Position numbers and translations under genes: made by a program. 64,000 nt of DNA. It comes from an uncultured Acidobacteriaceae bacterium (GTDB lineage Bacteria; Acidobacteriota; Terriglobia; Terriglobales; Acidobacteriaceae). Positions 57,253 through 64,000 of this stretch are shown piece after piece. The stretch covers positions 4 to 64,003 of the forward strand of contig CAWCJL010000007.1 in assembly GCA_963795775.1 (NCBI GenBank), in the 5' to 3' direction. Under the pieces are notes generated by a model. It ran no database searches, was not told where the DNA came from, and was given only the letters and a program-made list of their open reading frames with translations. Positions within the stretch are counted from its first letter, which is position 1; the number at the start of each line of letters is the position of its first letter.

Positions 57253-58299
57253 ATGTCTACCGCACTGCAAATGCACGAACCGCGCACCGGGGAATCGAGA
57301 ACGGTTGCGCAGCGGCCCTCGCTCGCGCCTCGCACCATCCAGGAAGCGCTCGACTTCTCGAGCTATCTCGCGAAATCCGAGCTGATCCCGCGCGACTACC
57401 AGAACAAGCCGCACAACATCTTTGTCGCCGTCCAGTACGGCATGGAGCTCGGGCTCCAGCCGCTGCAGGCACTGCAGTCCATCGCCGTCATCAACGGGCG
57501 GCCATCCATGTGGGGCGATGCCGTGCTGGCGGTGGTCATGTCACATCCGGCCTACGAATGGCATCGCGAGGAGATTGAAGGCGAAGGCGAGCAGCGTGCC
57601 GGCGTCTTCACCATCAAGCGCCGCAACCAGGACGAGCACGTGGCCCGCTTCTCTGTAGCGGACGCGCGCAAGGCCGGGCTGTGGGGCAAGAGTGGTCCGT
57701 GGACGCAGCATGCCGACCGCATGCTGAAGCTCCGCGCCCGTGGCTTCGCGCTTCGCGATAAGTTCCCGGATGCACTGAAAGGGATCATCAGCCGCGAAGA
57801 GGCAGAAGACTACCCGACGACCGAAGGCAGGGTCTACCCGGCAACTCCGGCGCCGCATAGCCCGGCCGAGCACGCAGCCGAGCCCGACGCCGGGGCAGCC
57901 GGCCCGGTCGCAACGGCCGCGCCAGCCAAAGCGGGCCGGATCACCCATGACCAGGCGCGCACCTTTGCCCGGGCATGGCGCACCTCCGGCTATACGGTGG
58001 ATGACGCGAAGGCGTGGCTCAAGAGCAATCTCGGGCTCACCTCTTCACTCAGCATCCCCGGTGACCGCTACGAGGAAGCGATGGCATGGGCCAACACGCC
58101 CAGGCAGGAGCGCACCATGTCTGCGGACGAAGCGCTCTGCCACGCGCTCTTCGATCGCCTTGGGCTGAGCCTGGCAGAGCAGGCGGAAGCCATCGTGTCC
58201 GCCGACGGTGACTGGGCTGCTCTTGCCGGCAAACTGCAGGCGGAGTTGCCGGAGGAGGCGTCCGCACCGGTTGTCGCAACCGTGACGGATACGAAATAA
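57253..58299 (+). CDS. recT: RecT-family single-strand annealing recombinase (phage type)
   Basis: AGGAGA Shine-Dalgarno sequence. Contains YGMELGLQPLQALQSIAVINGRPSMWGDAVLAVV, typical of RecT (PF03837-like), with an acidic/Ala-rich C-terminal tail. Confidence 0.8.
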   Translation: MSTALQMHEPRTGESRTVAQRPSLAPRTIQEALDFSSYLAKSELIPRDYQNKPHNIFVAVQYGMELGLQPLQALQSIAVINGRPSMWGDAVLAVVMSHPAYEWHREEIEGEGEQRAGVFTIKRRNQDEHVARFSVADARKAGLWGKSGPWTQHADRMLKLRARGFALRDKFPDALKGIISREEAEDYPTTEGRVYPATPAPHSPAEHAAEPDAGAAGPVATAAPAKAGRITHDQARTFARAWRTSGYTVDDAKAWLKSNLGLTSSLSIPGDRYEEAMAWANTPRQERTMSADEALCHALFDRLGLSLAEQAEAIVSADGDWAALAGKLQAELPEEASAPVVATVTDTK

Positions 58300-58301
58300 C
58301 C

Positions 58302-58952
58302 ATGACGGCGGCGCTGGGCAGTGCTCTGGACGCCTTTACCTACGAAGAGGACGGCCACCTGTACAGAAATGCACGGGGGGCCGTCCGTCCGTCTGTAACC
58401 CAGGTGCTCCGCGACGCGGGCATCTTCGATTACAGCCGGGTGGATCCCGTGGTGCTCGAACGCAAGCGCCTGCTGGGGCAGAACGTGCACCTGTGCACCG
58501 CGGAGTTCGACCGCGAAGGCTGGGTGGACGAAACCTGGCTGGCGGAGGAAGCCGCCGGCTACTTCCGCGCGTGGCTCCGCTTCCGGCGCGAATCCCGCTG
58601 TGAAATGTTGGCCATCGAGCAGCCCATGCTCCGCAGTGTGATGGGGATCGAGATCGGTGGCACGCCGGACCGCGTGCTGCGGCTGGGTGGCCGCACCTAT
58701 GTGGCGGACATCAAGACCTGCACTGCGCAGCACCCCGGCTGGCGTCTGCAGACGGCGCTCTACGAAATGATGCTCACCGGCGTGCCGCGGTGCGGGCAGA
58801 TGGGCCGCCTGGTGATCCAGCTTCTGCCCGATGGCACCTATCGCATGCCCGAAGAATATGACGACCCGAGCGATGCTGGAGCTGCCATCTCCGCGCTCAC
58901 CCTGGCTACCTGGAAAGCGAACGCCGGCGTGACCCGTCTCCGCCCGGTGTGA
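58302..58952 (+). CDS. PD-(D/E)XK (Cas4/RecB-like) phage exonuclease
   Basis: Contains HLY...RPSVTQVL, GGTPDRVLRLGGRTYVADIKT (D...D-x-K) and WRLQTALYEMML (QxxxY). It starts 3 nt after the recT stop. Confidence 0.7.
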   Translation: MTAALGSALDAFTYEEDGHLYRNARGAVRPSVTQVLRDAGIFDYSRVDPVVLERKRLLGQNVHLCTAEFDREGWVDETWLAEEAAGYFRAWLRFRRESRCEMLAIEQPMLRSVMGIEIGGTPDRVLRLGGRTYVADIKTCTAQHPGWRLQTALYEMMLTGVPRCGQMGRLVIQLLPDGTYRMPEEYDDPSDAGAAISALTLATWKANAGVTRLRPV

Positions 58953-59960
58953 AAGGAATCGAAATGAAACTCACCCCTGTACACAGCAGCCGCATCGCCG
59001 CCCTGGGCTACGATGAGGACGCCTTCACCTGCTACATTCAGTTCCGCCCGAAACACGGCGCGACCGCGGGACCTGTCTATGCCTATCGCAACGTGTCGCC
59101 GGAGCTGTTCGACGATTTCCGCAACGCACCCTCGCTGGGCGCCTTCTTTCGCGAACACCTTGCCGGCAATCCTGACCACCCTTACTCACGTATGTCGCCA
59201 GGCGACGGGGAAAGGGAAGCGGCGACTGCGGCGGACGCGTCCGCTCCCGTCACCGGCGACGCCCCCGCTTTCGCCACACCGGAGCGCGCGATTGAGACCG
59301 CGCACGCGCTGGCGCAGGAGGCCAGGGCGCTCGCCATCACCACTCCGGAGGCCTACCGCCGGGCCGGCGAAGAGATCGTCCGCATTGCTCGCGAGCGCAA
59401 GCGCCGGCTCGACTTCTTCCGCCCCATGAAGGAGGCCGCCTACGCCGCGCATCGGGCCATCTGCGCCAAGGAGAACGAGGCGCTCGCGCCACTGCAGTTC
59501 GCAGAACAGGTGCTCCATCGCGGGCTGGTGGAGTACCGCGAGCGCGAAGAAAAGCAGCGGCGCTCGCGGCAGCTTTCGCTCGACGCGGAAAACCTGCGCA
59601 TCGCTCAACAGGAGGCCGCTCGCCGCGCTGCCGATCTCGCGGAGCAGTATGCGCTGGCGCTCGAGATGGAAGGAGAAACCGAACTGGCCGCGCAAGCGCG
59701 GCAAGAGCTCGCAGCCGGTAGCCGCCACGCCGCTCCCGCCTGCAGTGCTCGAAAGCGACGTGCCGCCGGTCGAGGGCCTCAGCTTTTCCCGCGACTGGAG
59801 TTTCCGCATCGAGGATCCCGAGGCCGTTCCGCTCTCCCACGAGTGGTACTCGATCGATGAAAAGAAAATCCGGGCGTATGTACGCCGGATGAAGCGCCAC
59901 GCTTCCATCCCGGGTGTACGCGTCTTCCCGGTCGAGCGCTCGCGCAAGCGCGCCGCTTAG
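58949..59960 (+). pseudogene. KTSC-domain protein fused to a Gp157-like coiled-coil/C-terminal module, one frameshift
   Basis: The N-terminus VHSSRIAALGYDEDAFTCYIQFRP...YAYRNVSPELFDDFRNAPSLGAFFREHL is a KTSC domain. At about 59715-59725 the reading frame moves to the 59649..59960 frame (PVAATPLPPAVLESDVPPVEGLSFSRDWSFRIEDPEAVP...IDEKKIRAYVRRMKRHASIPGVRVF). That frame ends right before a strong terminator. Confidence 0.55.
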
Positions 59961-59962
59961 GG

Positions 59963-59998
59963 GCAGGCGGCTTCCTCGCCGCCTGCACGCATTTCTGG
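59963..59998 (+). terminator. Intrinsic terminator closing the recT module
   Basis: A perfect 9-bp stem, GCAGGCGGC-ttcctc-GCCGCCTGC, sits 3 nt after the stop at 59960. It is followed by ACGCATTTCTGG. Confidence 0.6.
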
Positions 59999-60052
59999 CC
60001 GGGACGGCGCCCGGCTGCCGTACGGGAGCCGCGCGGCCACGGCCGGCGTTCG

Positions 60053-60639
60053 CTAGCTCCCGCCTTTCCTCCTGCGCGCAGGACGCTCCCATCGCAGCAC
60101 GCCTTTGAAACCGCAGCCGTGATGAAAATGCGGGTCGTAGTAGCTTGCGGTGTGCTGCGTTAATTGGATCACAAGACCGCTGCATCGCGGGCACCGCACC
60201 GTCCGCTTGTCGTTGTGGGTCACGGCGCTCGGCGTCGGCTTGGGACGCAGGACGGTCCGCACCGCGGCTGCAGAGTAGCCAGACGGGGTCCCCGTCGCTT
60301 CGCGCCAGCCCGCGCAGAGTGAGCAGGCTGAGCGCCAGGAACCGGCTTCGCGGGCCGGGGGGGCTGCTTCACCGAAACTCCATGCTTCGGACCCGCAGGT
60401 TGTTTTGCCGGAGCAGAAGCAGCCGCCGTGACGGGTTTTCGACTCTGCGCGGCTTTGGGAGGTGCGGACGGGGGTGGCGCAGCAGCGCGCCGGCGGTGAT
60501 TGGGCTTCTGCCGGGATTTGGCGGTGGGCTCTGGACTCCCGCGCCCAACCGGGCGTGCCGCCGCCGGCTTTCGGCCGGTGGGAACCGCGGGCCGGTTCGT
60601 AGCACGCGGGTTGGAGGAAGCAGAGCGGGGGAGAGCCAT
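60053..60639 (-). CDS. Hypothetical: basic Ala/Pro/Lys-rich protein (60220..60639), possibly continuing by frameshift into a Cys/His zinc-ribbon-like tail (to 60053)
   Basis: ATG 60639 is preceded by TATACTGGATGGG. The sequence MALPRSASSNPRATNRPAVPTGRKPAAARP...PAKQPAGPKHG is strongly basic. The overlapping frame encodes ...KRTVRCPRCSGLVIQLTQHTASYYDPHFHHGCGFKG. Confidence 0.3.
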
Positions 60640-60735
60640 CCCATCCAGTATAGGCGAATAAAGGGCGAACAGAAAGGGCCAATAATGGACGGGCAGCGCA
60701 ATTCCGGCTGCCGGTCCACAAAGCGCGCGGAACCC

Positions 60736-63700
60736 TCAGGGCACCGCGGGTGAGCCCTGCAGCGAGATGGCCTGGACCGAGTACTTCGGCACCGTGATGG
60801 TCGCCGTGAAGCCGGTCCCGGCCGGCGTGAGCGCAAGCGAACTCGACTGGATGGACTGCCCGCCGGCGATGCTGTAGAGCGTAGCCGTCGGTGTTGCCAG
60901 GCCGGCATTCTGCACCGTGACCGTCACCGAGCCGTAATCATTGCCGCTCGGATTGGTGATCAGGATCGAGTCCTGGCTGGCGGTGTAGAAAGCCGCTACG
61001 GCCAGGCCGCCGCCCCCGTCCGGCGGTTGCACGGACGTGGCCATGTACCCACCATTGACCAGCCCCAGGTAGTTCGGCGCGGACAGCAGTTGGAACGCGT
61101 AGTACTGCGGATACGGGCTGGGTGTTGCGCCCGACGAGTACAGGCAGTCGGAGTTCGCATCCGGCACGCCGATGAGGCAGAAATAGGGATAAGCGTTTCC
61201 GGCGAAGTAATCCAGTTGCGCCGGGATAGGTGTCCCCGTTGCATTGGTTGCGGAGGGATATACGTTGTTCAGCATGTCCGTGATGTACAGCGCATTCCAC
61301 ACCGGCCCGTAGGTCGGATCATTGCGGCAGCAGTCCTGGAAGAAGCCGAAGTTGGTGTTGAACTCGGAAATGTAGATCGGCGTCTTGGCGCCCAGCGGCT
61401 GTTTGCCCGCAGCTACCAGTCCGTAGACCCGGTTGTAAACCGCCGCGGCCCCGGTGCTCGGGTCCTGCGTGGCCTGGTAGAGCGACATATTCCCGTTGTA
61501 GGTATCCCAGGCTACGTTCAACTCCTTCGGCCCGAAGAAGTACTGGTGATAGCTGACGAAGTCCACATACGGCGCGGTCAAGGGGTTGGTCAGCAGCGTG
61601 GTGATCCAGTTGGCGGAGTCGCCCGAAAGCACTGGCCCGCCAATGCGGATAACCGTGCCATCCTTGGCGGCCTGCTGCTTCATCAGCGGCGCCGCGGCGG
61701 CGTAGATGGACATGTAGGTATCGATCTGCGTGCCCTTGTACGCGCATAGCCCCTGCGCGTCCGGCTCGTTCCAGATCTCATAATCCTGCACCAGGCCGGG
61801 AAAGGTGGCATCGAAGTGCGCGACGTATGACGCCGCAATCTGCCCCCATGCGTTCACGTCAGTCGGAGCGGCAAACGGCCCGTTCTGATCGCAGGGGGTG
61901 GGGTTCGGTGTCAGCCACGGGGGAGCGTAGGACATCTGGATGAGTGGGCGCTGCCCGGAGTCCTTGACGGACTGGATATAGGGATCGATCTGGGTCCAGT
62001 CGGGAGTCTGCGTGGCGTAGACCTCGGGTATCTGCGCGTACAGGCGCGCGACCGTCACGCCGGCCTGGGTCAGCAGGCTGCGGTCGGCTGTGGACTGGAT
62101 CGACTCGCCACGGCCATACCCGAGCAGGTTGGCCGGCACGGGCCGCGAGGTATCAAGGCGCGAACCGAAATCGACCGCGATGTTCGAGAAGACCGTCACC
62201 TGCGCCGCGGTGACCTGGCTGCCCAGGGCGGTGTCGGTTGCACGCACGTAGTGGCGGCCCGGGGTCGCCGGTGCGGTGTACACGCCATCGGGCGTGATGG
62301 TTCCGACGCTGGCATTGCCACCCGCGATGTTGTCCACGGTGTACGTAACGGCGTTGTTATCGGGGGTGCGGCAAAGCTGCGCCTGGAAGCTCTGCTGCGC
62401 GTTGGTAGCCACTGAGGCACTGAAGGGATAAATCCCCAGTTGCGGCGTGGTGGTGACGGTCACCTGCATGTTGCCGTTCACCGTCGTGTCCGCCTGGCTG
62501 ATGGCCTGAATGGTATGCAGGCTTGCAGTGGACGGCGCGGTGTAGAGACCGGTCGGCGTGATGGTGCCGCGCGCCGGGTCCCCACCCTGCTCGCCATCCA
62601 CGTACCAGTTCACCGCGGTGTTGGGCGTCCCGGTGACGGCCGCCGTGAACTGCTCGGTCGAAGAGGGAAGGATGCACGGCTTGTTCGGTCCCACGGTTAC
62701 CGTGAGCCCCTGGTCGCCGGCGATGCCGGTGCCCTGGAGGGGAACAGAAAGGGGACTACTGTCTGCGCTTTCCGTGATGGTCAAGTTGCCGGGACGTGCT
62801 CCGATGGCCTGCGGCAGGAATGAGACGTTGATGGTGCAGCTTGCTCCGGGCGCCAGCGTGCCGCTTCCGCTGCTATCCACGCAGGTAGTGGTGTAGGGAT
62901 AATCCGGTGCCGACGTAATCGATTGCAAGGCAACTGGCCCGGTATTGTTGTTGGTCAGGGTGACGGGAAGAGGCGTGCTGCTGGTATTGACGATCTGGTT
63001 GTAGAAATACAGGCCGCCCACCTTGGGCACGATGGACAATCCGGTCGTGCCGGCAGTACCGGTGATGGCGACGGTCTGGGGTGAGCCCGGAGCATCGTCG
63101 GTAATGGAAAGCGTCGCGTTGTCAGAACCCGCCACGGTGGGTGTGTAGACTACCGCGATCACGCAGCTCTGGCCCGCCTGCAACGCAGTCCCGCAATTGT
63201 TTGTTTGCGTGAACGGTGCGGCGATCTGGATACTCGCCAGGTTGAGCGTGACCGACTGTCCGTTGGTCAGCGTGAAGTTCGCCGCCGGGCTGCTGCTGCC
63301 GATCGCCTGAGTGGGAAACGCATACTGCGTCGGGTCAATGGTAACGGCGCCACCGGGCGCGGGGGTGCCCGTGCCGGTCAGCGCGGCGATCTGCGGCGAA
63401 CTAGCTGCGTCATCGTTGACGGTCAGCGTGGCGTTGGCCGGGCCGGCGTTGATGGGAGCAAAGGTGACCGCAATGGTGCAGCTTTGGCCGGCGGCAACGG
63501 ACGCCCCGCAGTTGTTGGTCTCGGCGAATGGCGCGCCTACCTGGATGCTGGCGATATTCAACGCCGCCGCCTGCGTATTCGTGAGCGTGAAGTTAGCATT
63601 GGCGCTGACGGTACCGACCGTTTGGTTGGGGAAGGCGTACTGCGCCGGCGTGAGGGTTGCGCCCCCGCTGGGCGGCGGCGGCGCCACCCCGGCGCCACTC

Positions 63701-64000
63701 AGAGGAACCGTCTGCGGCGAGCCTGCCGCATCGTCCGTAATCGTGAGGTTTCCGGTGCTGGGCCCAACCGCTGTCGGCGCAAAGGTCACGGCAATGGTGC
63801 AGCTTTGCCCCGCGGTCAACGACGCACCGCAGGTGTTCGTCTGCGCGAACGGGGCCGCGATCTGGATACCGGCAATGTGCAGCGTACCCGTCCCGTTGTT
63901 CGTGAGCGTGACGTTGGACGGCGCGCTGGTCGTGCCGGTGACCTGGTTGCCAAAGGAGATCTGTGTGGGTGACAGGCTTACGCCGCCCGACCCGGAAGCC
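60736..64000 (-). CDS. Giant secreted/surface glycoside hydrolase (clan GH-A, GH39-like by motifs) with N-terminal tandem Ig-like (choice-of-anchor-D/HYDIN-type) and BIG2-like domains; 5' end outside the window
   Basis: Contains the repeat motif NNCG..(L/V).AGQSC.IAV.F.P...G...A.L.I.DDA..SPQ. Catalytic-type motifs are YEIWNEPD (about 61762-61781) and IYISEFN (about 61357-61377). A C-terminal beta-sandwich is present. The frame is open through 63820-64000, where the motif continues (PFAQTNTCGASLTAGQSC). Confidence 0.75.
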   Translation of the reverse strand, partial: ASGSGGVSLSPTQISFGNQVTGTTSAPSNVTLTNNGTGTLHIAGIQIAAPFAQTNTCGASLTAGQSCTIAVTFAPTAVGPSTGNLTITDDAAGSPQTVPLSGAGVAPPPPSGGATLTPAQYAFPNQTVGTVSANANFTLTNTQAAALNIASIQVGAPFAETNNCGASVAAGQSCTIAVTFAPINAGPANATLTVNDDAASSPQIAALTGTGTPAPGGAVTIDPTQYAFPTQAIGSSSPAANFTLTNGQSVTLNLASIQIAAPFTQTNNCGTALQAGQSCVIAVVYTPTVAGSDNATLSITDDAPGSPQTVAITGTAGTTGLSIVPKVGGLYFYNQIVNTSSTPLPVTLTNNNTGPVALQSITSAPDYPYTTTCVDSSGSGTLAPGASCTINVSFLPQAIGARPGNLTITESADSSPLSVPLQGTGIAGDQGLTVTVGPNKPCILPSSTEQFTAAVTGTPNTAVNWYVDGEQGGDPARGTITPTGLYTAPSTASLHTIQAISQADTTVNGNMQVTVTTTPQLGIYPFSASVATNAQQSFQAQLCRTPDNNAVTYTVDNIAGGNASVGTITPDGVYTAPATPGRHYVRATDTALGSQVTAAQVTVFSNIAVDFGSRLDTSRPVPANLLGYGRGESIQSTADRSLLTQAGVTVARLYAQIPEVYATQTPDWTQIDPYIQSVKDSGQRPLIQMSYAPPWLTPNPTPCDQNGPFAAPTDVNAWGQIAASYVAHFDATFPGLVQDYEIWNEPDAQGLCAYKGTQIDTYMSIYAAAAPLMKQQAAKDGTVIRIGGPVLSGDSANWITTLLTNPLTAPYVDFVSYHQYFFGPKELNVAWDTYNGNMSLYQATQDPSTGAAAVYNRVYGLVAAGKQPLGAKTPIYISEFNTNFGFFQDCCRNDPTYGPVWNALYITDMLNNVYPSATNATGTPIPAQLDYFAGNAYPYFCLIGVPDANSDCLYSSGATPSPYPQYYAFQLLSAPNYLGLVNGGYMATSVQPPDGGGGLAVAAFYTASQDSILITNPSGNDYGSVTVTVQNAGLATPTATLYSIAGGQSIQSSSLALTPAGTGFTATITVPKYSVQAISLQGSPAVP
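62700..64000 (-). repeat. Tandem coding repeats of about 105 codons (at least 4 copies) inside the glycoside hydrolase gene
   Basis: Successive units begin ATLTPAQYAFPNQTVG..., AVTIDPTQYAFPTQAIG... and LSIVPKVGGLYFYNQIVN... Each ends ...DDA.(G/S)SPQ...L.G.G. The boundaries are approximate. Confidence 0.6.

Noticed and set aside
1-64000. CRISPR arrays, rRNA genes, retron/DGR reverse transcriptases, obvious defence-system ATPase/nuclease cassettes
   Set aside because: I saw no short regularly spaced direct repeats and no RT motifs (YxDD) in any sizeable ORF. The only nucleases are the phage-type PD-(D/E)XK next to recT and the RelE toxin.

Overview
High-GC bacterial chromosomal segment. Gene content looks Acidobacteriota/Terriglobia-like, but that is inference only, with no search run. 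I found no rRNA, no CRISPR array, no reverse transcriptase and no recognisable defence-island genes.

Gene order, left to right:
- An orphan tadG-tadE-tadE pseudopilin trio, cut off by a decayed IS3-family element.
- A secreted GH5-FN3-CBM2 cellulase.
- A complete minus-strand cellulose synthase operon, bcsQ-bcsAB(fusion)-bcsZ-bcsC.
- A yeiH-like transporter and lrgAB.
- An apparently His-less S1C/PDZ protein overlapping a LuxR regulator with a degenerate receiver.
- murA, a multiply frameshifted alpha/beta hydrolase, and a SIMPL protein.
- murQ plus a beta-lactamase-like hydrolase.
- An orphan TrbI/VirB10-like protein, lepB and a DUF218 protein.
- carA and carB, split by a 1.1 kb insert holding a secreted hypothetical and an RHH/RelE toxin-antitoxin pair.
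- A frameshifted DUF1028 gene and a DapA-family gene with an internal insert.
- korAB, an APC permease, pncB and an aldehyde dehydrogenase.
- A full Tol-Pal cluster (tolQ-tolR-tolA-like-tolB-pal-cpoB).
- A triply frameshifted TlpA-like redoxin running into an esterase.
- secG, tRNA-Leu(GAG), GNAT and HAD genes.
- A small siphovirus-type recombination module: divergent HTH regulator with a palindromic operator, recT, a PD-(D/E)XK nuclease and a KTSC/Gp157-like gene.
- The 3' three-quarters of a giant surface glycoside hydrolase with tandem Ig-like repeats, running off the window.

Most notable observations:
- The TA cassette wedged between carA and carB.
- The pseudo-protease/pseudo-receiver gene pair.
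- The integrase-less phage recombination module.
- Clustering of 1-nt indels in a few accessory genes while all 3-5 kb ORFs are intact.

Nothing here amounts to a demonstrably new system. All functional calls rest on by-eye motif recognition.
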